Shown: positions 1-8,980 of the stretch, one piece after another
Layout of the letters: each line of letters opens with the position of its first letter
Position numbering within the stretch: the first letter of the stretch is position 1
From: a virus
Lineage: Duplodnaviria; Heunggongvirae; Uroviricota; Caudoviricetes
Reading direction: 5' to 3' (one strand)
Virus record (IMG/VR): IMGVR_UViG_3300024269_000002
DNA: 64,000 bases
Position numbers and translations under genes: made by a program
The notes under the pieces: generated by a model
Databases searched by the model: none
The model's input: the letters and a program-made list of their open reading frames with translations, nothing else
Told to the model about the DNA's origin: nothing

Positions 1-2
1 TT

Positions 3-677
3 CGTGACACTTGTTGGAAATATCAAAATAATCCATCTGCTGAATGTAAAACTCAGAATGTTTATTGCCCACGATTATTCCGTATGAACTATCTTTATGA
101 TGAATCACTCATGTCGATGAAGCAGCGACAACATGTTGCTCTTAGAATTGACGAGGATGGAACAGATGGCGAAGCATTTGGCAGATTGAAGGCAATTGAA
201 ACAAACATCGAGAAATTTGTTGGTGGTGGAAACAATCTTTATCTACACTCAACAACTTGTGGTAACGGAAAAACAGCATGGGCTCTTAGATTGTTACAGA
301 GTTACATTGGGAAGATCTGGTTCAAATCTGATCTCAAATGTAAAGTGCTGTTTATCAATGTGCCCAGATTTATTCTTGCGTTGAAAGATAGTATTAGTGA
401 GACTAGTGACTATATTCAGCATATCAAGAAGAATATTTTTACAGCTGATCTTGTTGTGTTTGATGAGGTTGGTACAAAGGCTCTTACAACGTGGGAGCAC
501 GAACAGATTCTAAATCTGATCAATACACGAATTGACATGAACAAGTCAAATATTTACACATCAAACCTCACTGGGTTAGAACTTAGAGACAAAGTTGGAG
601 ACAGACTGTATAGTAGAATTATGAATCTATCTGTAGACATTGAACTATTCGGTAGTGATAAGAGAGGAGTAGTGTAA
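3..677 (+). CDS. DnaC/IstB-like AAA+ helicase loader (5'-truncated; frame open upstream of ATG 84)
   Basis: Walker A CGNGKT, Walker B LVVFDE, IYTSN and DRLYSRI motifs; upstream in-frame Cys-rich segment; sits before helicase. Confidence 0.85.
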   Translation, partial: RDTCWKYQNNPSAECKTQNVYCPRLFRMNYLYDESLMSMKQRQHVALRIDEDGTDGEAFGRLKAIETNIEKFVGGGNNLYLHSTTCGNGKTAWALRLLQSYIGKIWFKSDLKCKVLFINVPRFILALKDSISETSDYIQHIKKNIFTADLVVFDEVGTKALTTWEHEQILNLINTRIDMNKSNIYTSNLTGLELRDKVGDRLYSRIMNLSVDIELFGSDKRGVV

Positions 678-681
678 AATA

Positions 682-1959
682 ATGGTACAGTTACAACTTC
701 TCAATTATCTTTTACAGACTGGTGATGCATCACTACTCAAAGTAAACAATGTAGATGATACATTCTTTTCTGATTATACTCAAGAATATGCTTTTATTCG
801 AGACCATATGAGCGTGTATGGTCAGGTACCGGATCGACTAACATTTGCAAGTAAGTTTGCGGATTTCGACTGGATTGAAGTTCGTGAAAATCCGAACTAT
901 CTGATTGATGAACTTTATCGAGATAGGAACAAACGAACTCTTGCTCGTGTATTCAACGGTGTCAGAGACAGAATCAACGCAGGTGATATTGAAGGAGCTA
1001 TGGCTCTGTTTACAACATCATCTCAAGATGTACTATCTTCAACACACATTGACTGTGTTGACATCATCAGAGATACAAGTCGTTATGATGCATATCTGGA
1101 AAGAACTCAAGACTTTTCAAAGTACTATGTTAAAACTGGATTCTCTGAGTTAGATGAGCTTGTAGGCGGCTGGGACCGTCTTGAAGAGTATGCAACAATT
1201 GTTGCTCGTCCTGGTGTTGGTAAGTCATGGGTCTTGTTAAGATGTGCAATGGCTGCTGCAGAACAAGGGTTGAGAGCAGGACTTTATTCTGGTGAGATGA
1301 GTGAAGTCAAAGTTGGCTACAGATTTGATACACTGGCTGGACACATTTCAAATAGTGGAATCATTCATGGCAATGCAGAGCTGATGAACAGCTACAAAGC
1401 ATTTCTTGATTCTATGGAAAATAGATTTTCTGGATGTATCAAAGTAATCACTCCTAAGATGATCAAGCATTCTGCTACTGTTATGGATCTTGAGGCATTT
1501 ATCGAGAAAGAGAATCTTGATATTCTGTTTATTGATCAGCACTCTTTGATGGAAGATCAACGTAAGGCTAAGGACCCTGTAACAAGAGCAGCAAACATCT
1601 CAAAGGATTTGAAAAATCTGCAAGTATTGAAAAGAATTCCAATCATTACAGTTTCTCAGCAGAATAGAAACATGGTTGACGAAAATTCAGTAATCGATGT
1701 TTCTCATATTGCTCAAGCTGACAGAATTGGTCAGGACAGTACAATTGTTATCTTTCTTGAGCAGAAAAATCATGTGCTGACTATGCATCTTGCAAAGTCT
1801 CGTGATAATGGTGCGGGTGTGAAGTTGAAATATGCGATTGATCTTGATAAAGGTGTTTTTCAGTTCATTCCAAATGAAGACGATGCCCTTGACGGATCTT
1901 CTTGCGACGAATTGCGACAGGAATTTGAACCAGCGTATGAGGGAGGAGCTCCTTTCTAA
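682..1959 (+). CDS. dnaB: DnaB-like replicative helicase
   Basis: ARPGVGKS Walker A, SGEM, ILFID, SQQNR and IGQDS SF4 motifs. Confidence 0.92.
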   Translation: MVQLQLLNYLLQTGDASLLKVNNVDDTFFSDYTQEYAFIRDHMSVYGQVPDRLTFASKFADFDWIEVRENPNYLIDELYRDRNKRTLARVFNGVRDRINAGDIEGAMALFTTSSQDVLSSTHIDCVDIIRDTSRYDAYLERTQDFSKYYVKTGFSELDELVGGWDRLEEYATIVARPGVGKSWVLLRCAMAAAEQGLRAGLYSGEMSEVKVGYRFDTLAGHISNSGIIHGNAELMNSYKAFLDSMENRFSGCIKVITPKMIKHSATVMDLEAFIEKENLDILFIDQHSLMEDQRKAKDPVTRAANISKDLKNLQVLKRIPIITVSQQNRNMVDENSVIDVSHIAQADRIGQDSTIVIFLEQKNHVLTMHLAKSRDNGAGVKLKYAIDLDKGVFQFIPNEDDALDGSSCDELRQEFEPAYEGGAPF

Positions 1960-2909
1960 TGCACATCAAGATTCGGAATAAGATGATAACTGAACCGATT
2001 GAGTATATTCTTTATCAAGTTCAGAAAGAATTAAGCAACGGTAAGTTAAGAGAGATTACAAAACCGAAGGGTGACAATATTTTGATCAGTTGTCCTTGTC
2101 ACAAAGGTGGTCAGGAAAGGCATGCAAGTTGTAATGTTCTTATCAACCCTGAGGGTGAGCTTGAGGCAGGATTTGCTCACTGTTGGTCTTGTGGTTACAA
2201 TGCATCTTTTCCGCAGTTAGTTGCAGATCTATTTGATCAACCGTTACAGTTTGGGGAAGAGTGGCTTGTTGAGCGATATGGAGATATTCTTGTTCAACAA
2301 GAAGAAATACTGCCAGAAATAATTGTTGATCAACCGAAAGTGGTTACAAAGCAGTTTCTAGATGAAAGTTGTTTAACATCTTTTGATTACTATCATCCGT
2401 ATATGTGGCAGCGAAAATTAACTCAAGAAGTTGTTGATAGATTTCGTGTTGGATATGATCCTCAACGAGATGCAATAACATTTCCGGTATATGACGAAAA
2501 GCATCGACTGGTTATGGTCACAGCAAGAAGCACAAGAACCAAGCGATTCTGGATACCTGAAAATGTAGACAAACCTGTTTATCTGTTGTATGATCTACTT
2601 GAGCGTGGTTCAGATACTGCATTTGTTTGTGAGAGTCAGATAAATACTTTGTATCTTAGAACATTCAACTATCCGTCAATCGGACTATTTGGAACAGGCA
2701 GTGAGAAACAGTATGAAACTTTACGAAAATGCGGAATAAGAAATTACGTCTTATTCTTTGACGGCGATGAGGCGGGATGGAAAGGCGCTATGAGATTCCG
2801 TAAAAATATGCCGAAAGATGTGTTCATAACTGAAGTCAGACTTCCGGCAGGAAAAGATGTGAATGATCTGACAAAGGAAGAGATAGATTACTACTATAGT
2901 TTAAGTTGA
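1959..2909 (+). CDS. dnaG: DNA primase (Zn finger + TOPRIM)
   Basis: CPCH...CWSC zinc finger, ITFPV, FFDGDEAG TOPRIM, GKDVND. Confidence 0.9.
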   Translation: MHIKIRNKMITEPIEYILYQVQKELSNGKLREITKPKGDNILISCPCHKGGQERHASCNVLINPEGELEAGFAHCWSCGYNASFPQLVADLFDQPLQFGEEWLVERYGDILVQQEEILPEIIVDQPKVVTKQFLDESCLTSFDYYHPYMWQRKLTQEVVDRFRVGYDPQRDAITFPVYDEKHRLVMVTARSTRTKRFWIPENVDKPVYLLYDLLERGSDTAFVCESQINTLYLRTFNYPSIGLFGTGSEKQYETLRKCGIRNYVLFFDGDEAGWKGAMRFRKNMPKDVFITEVRLPAGKDVNDLTKEEIDYYYSLS

Positions 2910-2934
2910 TTTCTTTGATCAGTCACAATATAAT
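2904..2934 (+). promoter_or_regulatory. Phage promoter P1 (AG-TTGATT-N17-TATAAT)
   Basis: TTGATT 2906-2911, TATAAT 2929-2934; -35 overlaps primase stop codon. Confidence 0.85.
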
Positions 2935-2969
2935 ATGTATGTATTCAATCAAACAAGGAGATGAATGAT

Positions 2970-3914
2970 ATGGCAAAAGTTAATTTTAACAATGTAGATG
3001 AGATTGAAGCTCAGACTCAGGGTAACGGTGGTCCCGGTTCTGATGTTGGCTTTTTCACTCTGCGAAATGACAACGATGAGGCTGTCGTAAGATTTATGTG
3101 CGACAGTACTGATGACTTCGAGATTCTGACTGTTCATGATGTTCAGATTGGTTCCAAGTATCGTAAGGTCAACTGCATTCGTGACCCTCGTGAGCCTCTC
3201 GACAACTGTCCTCTGTGCAAGAGCGGCGCAAGAATCAACAATAGATTCTTCATCAAGCTGCTTCAGTACGATAAAGTGACTGATCCTGCAACTGGCATGG
3301 TTCGTGTTGTGCCTAAGGCAATGATGTGGGAGCGTTCAACTGCTTATGCGAAGACTCTGAAGTCTTACCTGGACAACTACGGTCCTCTGTCAGACATTAT
3401 CTGCAAGATTATTCGTCATGGCAAGGCAGGCGATATGCAGACTACTTACGAGATTGTCCCTAATCTGAGTAAGGCTGTTTACAAGGATGAGATCTATGTG
3501 AAGGACACCTCCCTGTTTGGTGACTTCGAAGCTTTTGGCACTGTTGTCATGGACCGCACTGCTGATGAGATGAACTACTTCTTGGCAAGCGGAGAGTTCC
3601 CTGCTCGTCAGCGTCAGGAGGGCTCCGCACAGCCTGCTGAAGCGGCTCCGGTAGCTCCTGCAGCACCTGCAATGGCTCCTCAGTATGCACCTCAGCCTGC
3701 AGCTTATGCTGCTCCTCAGCAGTATGCACCTCCTGTTGCACCTGCTCCGGCTGCTCCGATGCCTCAGACTTATGCAGCCCCTCCTGTAGAGGCTCAGCCT
3801 CAGTATGCTCCTGCCCCTACTTATGCTCCTCCTGCAGCTCCCGCTCCAGCTCAGCGGATGCCTTGGGATGCTTCTGCTGCACCGGCTGGTTTTGAAAGAC
3901 CTCGTCGTTATTGA
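2970..3914 (+). CDS. gp32-like single-stranded DNA-binding protein with Pro/Ala/Gln/Tyr-rich tail
   Basis: FF.L...VVRF, H...C...CPLC Zn site, IIRHGK.GDMQTTY; between primase and polymerase; AAGGAG favours start 2970. Confidence 0.75.
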   Translation: MAKVNFNNVDEIEAQTQGNGGPGSDVGFFTLRNDNDEAVVRFMCDSTDDFEILTVHDVQIGSKYRKVNCIRDPREPLDNCPLCKSGARINNRFFIKLLQYDKVTDPATGMVRVVPKAMMWERSTAYAKTLKSYLDNYGPLSDIICKIIRHGKAGDMQTTYEIVPNLSKAVYKDEIYVKDTSLFGDFEAFGTVVMDRTADEMNYFLASGEFPARQRQEGSAQPAEAAPVAPAAPAMAPQYAPQPAAYAAPQQYAPPVAPAPAAPMPQTYAAPPVEAQPQYAPAPTYAPPAAPAPAQRMPWDASAAPAGFERPRRY

Positions 3915-3937
3915 TCAAAGTAGTGAGGTAAGAGAAT

Positions 3938-6430
3938 ATGTTTGATTCTCTCTGGGGCGAGGACTTTGTCGTCGCTCCTCCTCCAAAACAGCAAAAGAAA
4001 GTCATTGATAAAGTAACTAAACCAAAGAAGGTAACAACGACAACTGAGAAAGTCGCAAAATCTTCTTCGGGAAAAGTAACTACTGCTGAAAAGTTATCAA
4101 TGATTGAGGCGGAAGTTTACAGAATTCTTGGTGTGTACAAAGACCAAACAGTTGTGTTAAGAACAGAAGCAGAATTGGCTGAGTACATAGACAGGGCAAT
4201 CATCAATTCTGTAATTGCGGTTGATACCGAAACAAACAACAGTCTTGTTCCCCTTACATGTAAAATCATGGGACTTTGTTTGTATACACCTGGAATGAAG
4301 AACGCATACATTCCGGTTAATCATGAGAACATCTATACAGGTGAACTTCTACCTGATCAATTAACTGAGCAACAGATTCACGATCAGCTTGCTAGATTAG
4401 AAGATGTTCAAATCATCATGCACAACGGTAAGTTCGACTTTGAGGTTATCAAGTGCACTTGTGGTAATGAACTGGAGATCTTCTGGGATACAATGATTGC
4501 TTCTCGAATTCTTGATGAGAATGAACGAGCAAATCTGAAACAGCAGTATATCAGTAAGATTGATCCATCTATTGAGAAGTATTCTATTGAGAAGCTGTTT
4601 GAAGGAATTGAGTACGCCAAAGTATCTCCTGAACTATTTGCACTGTATGCTGCAACTGATGCGTTCATGACTTACAAGTTGTACGAATGGCAGAAACAGC
4701 AGTTCGCACAGCCTGGCTACGAGCGGATGTACAATCTGTTCAAGAACATTGAAATGCCGATTGTTCGTGTTTGTGCAGATATGGAACTTGCTGGCATTGA
4801 GATTGACACTGAATACGGTAAGCGTTTAAGTGCAAAATATCATAAAAAGCTTGATGCTATTGACAAACAGATTGAAGAAACATTGCATCAATATGATCAG
4901 GTAATTGCCGAATGGAGAAAAACTCCAGAAGCAAATCATAGAGAAAAGAAAGTAAACAAGAAGGGTGAGGAGACTTGGACGAAATCCAAGAACGAACAGC
5001 TATCCGATCCGATGAGCGTAACAAGTCCTACTCAGTTAGCAATTTTCTTCTATGATGTGCTGAAACATCCTGTAGTAGACAAGAAGAGTCCTCGAGGAAC
5101 TGGTGAAGACATCTTGTTGAAGATGGATTATCCCATTGTTAAACTAATCTTGGAAAAGCGTGGCTTAGAGAAGATTATTGGTACATATGTTGATAAACTT
5201 CCTCAATGTGTGATCCCGGAGACTGGAAGACTTCATGCTCATTTCAATCAGATTGGTGCGGACACTGGCAGATTCAGTTCAAGTGATCCCAATTTGCAGA
5301 ATATTCCGTCGCACTTGAAAGACATTCGTATGCTGTTTAGAGCAGCTGAAGGTAAAGTTCTTGTTGGTAGTGACTTTTCTCAGCAGGAGCCTCGTTTGCT
5401 GTGCAGTATGGCAAACGATGAAGCAATGATCGGTGCATATAGAAACAAACAGGATCTTTATGCAACAATTGCTACAAAAGTGTATAACAACGGTTACTGG
5501 GATAACATGGAGCATTATGAGGACGGCTCCCCAAATCCTGAAGGTAAGAAGCGTCGCTCCAACTGTAAGAGTATCTTGTTAGGTCTAATGTATGGTCGAG
5601 GAGCTGCATCAATTGCTGATCAGATTAATCAGCCTATTCAAGAAGCTCAAAAGATCATTGATACATTCTTCAAAGGATATCCTGCAGTTAAGCAGTGGAT
5701 TGATAAAACTCAATCTGATGCAAAGATTAACGGATATGTTGAAGACCATTGGGGCAGACGACGTAGACTTCCGGATATTCTTAGACCTCCTGTAGAGGTT
5801 CGATACACAGATAAGAATCGTGTTGTCGTTCCTTCTGACTTCAATCCTTTACTTGGATCAACTGGTAAATATACTTCAAGTACACGATCTGATATTGATA
5901 TCTACCGCGAAAAAGCTCTTGCAGCTAAGGGTAGAAAAGAGATTGAAAAGTTGAAGACAGAAGCTCTTGCAAAGGGTATTGAGATTCATGAGAACGGTGG
6001 TTTCATTGCTCAGGCTGAGCGTCAGTGTGTCAATGCTCGTATTCAGGGCGGTGCAGCAACAATCACGAAGATCGCAATGAATAAGGTTCATTCTGATCCG
6101 GAATTAAGACGAATGGGCTTCAAGATGTTGATCTGTGTACATGATGAATTGATTGGTGAATGTCCCGAAGAATTTGCAGAAGCTTGTGGCGAGCGACTGT
6201 CTCAGGTAATGATTGATTCCGTTGCAGAAGATGTAGCTTGTCCTATGAAGTGTGACGCAACAATAACTCGTTACTGGTACGAGGATGAAGTTGCTGCCAA
6301 ACTGCAAGAAAAGTTTGCTGATAAGGTGAAGAAGGGTGAAGATCCTGAAGCAGTTAAACAGCAATTCTTGGCCGACAACGAGGAATTAACATACGAACAG
6401 CTTGAAGGACTTCTATCAATGAAGTTATGA
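3938..6430 (+). CDS. polA: Family A DNA polymerase with 3'-5' exonuclease
   Basis: Exo motifs AVDTET, HNGKFD, YAATDA; TGRFSSSDPNLQNIP, DFSQQEPR, KSILLGLMYG, VHDE. Confidence 0.95.
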   Translation: MFDSLWGEDFVVAPPPKQQKKVIDKVTKPKKVTTTTEKVAKSSSGKVTTAEKLSMIEAEVYRILGVYKDQTVVLRTEAELAEYIDRAIINSVIAVDTETNNSLVPLTCKIMGLCLYTPGMKNAYIPVNHENIYTGELLPDQLTEQQIHDQLARLEDVQIIMHNGKFDFEVIKCTCGNELEIFWDTMIASRILDENERANLKQQYISKIDPSIEKYSIEKLFEGIEYAKVSPELFALYAATDAFMTYKLYEWQKQQFAQPGYERMYNLFKNIEMPIVRVCADMELAGIEIDTEYGKRLSAKYHKKLDAIDKQIEETLHQYDQVIAEWRKTPEANHREKKVNKKGEETWTKSKNEQLSDPMSVTSPTQLAIFFYDVLKHPVVDKKSPRGTGEDILLKMDYPIVKLILEKRGLEKIIGTYVDKLPQCVIPETGRLHAHFNQIGADTGRFSSSDPNLQNIPSHLKDIRMLFRAAEGKVLVGSDFSQQEPRLLCSMANDEAMIGAYRNKQDLYATIATKVYNNGYWDNMEHYEDGSPNPEGKKRRSNCKSILLGLMYGRGAASIADQINQPIQEAQKIIDTFFKGYPAVKQWIDKTQSDAKINGYVEDHWGRRRRLPDILRPPVEVRYTDKNRVVVPSDFNPLLGSTGKYTSSTRSDIDIYREKALAAKGRKEIEKLKTEALAKGIEIHENGGFIAQAERQCVNARIQGGAATITKIAMNKVHSDPELRRMGFKMLICVHDELIGECPEEFAEACGERLSQVMIDSVAEDVACPMKCDATITRYWYEDEVAAKLQEKFADKVKKGEDPEAVKQQFLADNEELTYEQLEGLLSMKL

Positions 6431-6453
6431 TACCTGTTGTATAAATATATAAA

Positions 6454-6517
6454 TAAGGGCGGTGTTCGATCCTACAATCCCTCGCCCTTAACAAAAATAC
6501 AAATTCAAACTAAGGAG
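6454..6517 (+). ncRNA. Candidate variant preQ1-I-like riboswitch (translational)
   Basis: Stem TAAGGGCG/CGCCCTTA, loop with GTTCG...ATCCC, A-rich tail ending AAACTAAGGAG; loop TCCT can pair with SD AGGA; directly upstream of a YhhQ-family gene. Confidence 0.6.
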
Positions 6518-6524
6518 AACTTAA

Positions 6525-7274
6525 ATGTTTACAAAGATTAAGAACTGGATAAGATCTGAATTGTCTGACTATTCAGTACTACTTCGGAGCGTCCCATCAA
6601 CTGTAGTTTGTCTGTTCGTTGTGAGTGTGGTTATGATGAACTTACTTGCAAATAAGACATTGATTCAGCTTGACTGGATTGCGTTAGATGGTGGACTTCT
6701 TGTGTCTTGGTTAGCTTTTATGAGCATGGACATCATTACAAAGCACTTTGGTCCAAAAGCATCTACAAAGGTTTCGATTTTCGCAAGTGCAATAAATCTA
6801 CTTGTGTGTTTCATTTACTGGGTTGCAAGTATCATTCCTTCTACAGCTGATGATTACACAGCTTTCAATTCCATTATTGGTGGAACTTGGTTTATTCTGC
6901 TTGGTAGTACAATTGCATTTATTCTTTCTGCATTCATTAACAATACAATTAACTGGAGTATTGGAACTCTGTTCAAGAAGAATCCTACTGGAAAGGTAGC
7001 GTATTTTACAAGAACATATGTTTCTACTGCTCTTGGGCAATTCTGTGATAATCTGATTTTTGCAGTGATTGTATTTATGGGATTTGCTCCAATCTACTGG
7101 AACGGCTTCCACTGGACATTTATTCAGTGTGTCATGTGTTCTCTAACCGGTGCAGTTGTTGAGCTTTTATTCCAAGTTGTTTTCAGTCCAATTGCATGGA
7201 ATATTTCTCAGAACTGGAAAAAGATGAATGTTGGAAAAGATTACTTAGATAAGCATCCTGAGGTTGTTGAATGA
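6525..7274 (+). CDS. yhhQ: YhhQ/VUT-family queuosine-precursor (preQ0/preQ1) transporter
   Basis: About 6 TM helices; NLLANK, DIITKHFG, R.YVSTALGQFCDNLIF motifs typical of COG1738. Confidence 0.82.
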   Translation: MFTKIKNWIRSELSDYSVLLRSVPSTVVCLFVVSVVMMNLLANKTLIQLDWIALDGGLLVSWLAFMSMDIITKHFGPKASTKVSIFASAINLLVCFIYWVASIIPSTADDYTAFNSIIGGTWFILLGSTIAFILSAFINNTINWSIGTLFKKNPTGKVAYFTRTYVSTALGQFCDNLIFAVIVFMGFAPIYWNGFHWTFIQCVMCSLTGAVVELLFQVVFSPIAWNISQNWKKMNVGKDYLDKHPEVVE

Positions 7275-7534
7275 TTGATTACTTGATGAGTCTCAATAAT
7301 CCAGTTTCGATGATTGGATTGGTTGCAAGCATCATTGTTCTTGTGTCAATGTGTTTCAATCCGTCAACAAAGAGAGGAAACATCATGATGAGATCAGTTA
7401 ACCTGATCGGTAGTATTGTTTCTGTTATCTATGGTGTTCTTCTCGGACCACTAGGTGCAGGAATGATCTTACTCAATGGTGTGCTTGTATTTGTAAATGC
7501 GTACTATCTAATTGTAACACTTAAGCACAAATGA
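7271..7534 (+). CDS. Small 3-TM membrane protein (YgjV-like)
   Basis: IGLVASIIVLVS...R.VNLIGS...IYG...LN...VN.YYL pattern; ATGA-coupled to yhhQ. Confidence 0.6.
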   Translation: MIDYLMSLNNPVSMIGLVASIIVLVSMCFNPSTKRGNIMMRSVNLIGSIVSVIYGVLLGPLGAGMILLNGVLVFVNAYYLIVTLKHK

Positions 7535-7540
7535 TGTAAC

Positions 7541-7595
7541 AGGCGCAACTATTTGAGGTATAATTTATCTCAGTAAGATAGTTGCGCCTTTGTTT
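7541..7595 (+). terminator. Long-loop hairpin / terminator
   Basis: AGGCGCAACTAT...ATAGTTGCGCCT 12-bp inverted repeat followed by TTGTTT. Confidence 0.6.
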
Positions 7596-7687
7596 AACTA
7601 CAATTCTTCCTAAATCTTGGAAGAAACAACAACTTACAAAGAATATCTGTTTGCTGATTCAAGATAAGATCAACTTGTAAAAATTCT

Positions 7688-7718
7688 AGTTGATTATTCA
7701 ATACAGTAAACTTATAAT
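7688..7718 (+). promoter_or_regulatory. Phage promoter P2
   Basis: TTGATT 7690-7695, N17, TATAAT 7713-7718. Confidence 0.85.
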
Positions 7719-7761
7719 ATGAATGTAAACAAACTATAAAGAGGAGGAAACTGTACGCAAG

Positions 7762-8970
7762 ATGAGCTGTCAAGTTTATTACTACAGTGGTGCATATGAT
7801 CCACAGCTGAAGAGAGATCTGAATATTGATCAGCTGTTTTCAGTGTATCACGAAAAGAAACTGATTACTGAGACAATCAAGTACAAGCGGGAGCATCCTG
7901 AGTATACAGCACGGATCATGTGTGATAGTGGTGCTTTTACTCATTTCCAGCAAATGAAGAAAAAGGGTCTAACTCTTACTGATGAAGATATCATCGAGTA
8001 TACAAACACATATCTGGAGTTCCTGAACGAGTGGGGCGACGGTTTGGATTGTTTCGTTGGTGTCGACTCTGTTCCTGATCCTGAAAATGTTGATCCTACA
8101 TATGGTGACAAAACCTGGGAAAACTATCTGTATATGTGGGAAAGACTGAAGCCTGAAATTAGACACAAGTTAATTCCTGTATTCCACTATGGTGAGGAGT
8201 GGAAGCATCTTGTAAGATTCTTGGAGTATGTTCATCCTGATGGTAGCAAGTTGGACTACATTGGTCTGGCTATCTCCTTGGAAGGAACCCGTAAAGTAAG
8301 AATCAACTGGGGTCAGGATGCAATGAAGATTATTGCTAACAGCAGTAATCCGAATGTTAAGACTCACGCTTTCGGAGTCGGCGTTAAGTCTGTTCTGGAG
8401 CACATTGATGTGTATTCCACAGACGCAACTTCATACTTGAAGAGAGCTGCATACGGAATGATCAGCATTGACGATAAAACTATCTATGTCAGTGATATTC
8501 AGAAAGAACTGCTTCGTGGAAATCACTATTCGGAGAAGTCAGCGGCTTACCAGAAGTCAGTTGAAGATATCATTCATGAGAGAGGGTTCACTCTGAATCC
8601 GTATGAGCTGAATTACACCTTTATGGATGCAGATACAGTCAAATTTACACTTGATGGTGAAGAGTATCATGTTCATAAGGACAACGATACGAATGTCTTG
8701 TTGATTCATGGTGACGAAATTGATACACTTAAACTGAGTGTTGCGGAAGAGGCTCCTGAAGGTGCTGATAAGTTTTTTGGAACTTGGGAAGCAAAGCGCA
8801 AGAGTCTTGTGTTTGATGGTCTTGGAACTGTTCAGTTTGATCCTGGTAATGCACTTGCAACAAACTGTTATGCAAGAGCAGTGTTCAATATTCAGGATAC
8901 TGAAAACTGGATGCAGGCAATTAGAACAATGCCTCCTGCAACAATCAAGACCAAAGTTGAACTGTGGTAA
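7762..8970 (+). CDS. TGT-fold DpdA-like base-exchange transglycosylase
   Basis: CDSGAFT, VGVD, LIPVFHYGE, YIGLA, HAFG and STDATSY motifs of phage TGT-like proteins; next to yhhQ. Confidence 0.72.
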   Translation: MSCQVYYYSGAYDPQLKRDLNIDQLFSVYHEKKLITETIKYKREHPEYTARIMCDSGAFTHFQQMKKKGLTLTDEDIIEYTNTYLEFLNEWGDGLDCFVGVDSVPDPENVDPTYGDKTWENYLYMWERLKPEIRHKLIPVFHYGEEWKHLVRFLEYVHPDGSKLDYIGLAISLEGTRKVRINWGQDAMKIIANSSNPNVKTHAFGVGVKSVLEHIDVYSTDATSYLKRAAYGMISIDDKTIYVSDIQKELLRGNHYSEKSAAYQKSVEDIIHERGFTLNPYELNYTFMDADTVKFTLDGEEYHVHKDNDTNVLLIHGDEIDTLKLSVAEEAPEGADKFFGTWEAKRKSLVFDGLGTVQFDPGNALATNCYARAVFNIQDTENWMQAIRTMPPATIKTKVELW

Positions 8971-8980
8971 GAGGTGGAAT

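Noticed and set aside
5780-6000. Intein or intron in the polymerase insertion
   Set aside because: Short in-frame insertion without intein terminal residues or homing endonuclease motifs
6464-6472. tRNA T-loop-like GTTCGATCC
   Set aside because: No T-stem, D-arm or anticodon arm; better explained as part of the leader loop
8738-8980. 81-aa N-terminal extension of the SDR
   Set aside because: Overlaps the TGT-like gene; RBS and Rossmann start point to ATG 8981
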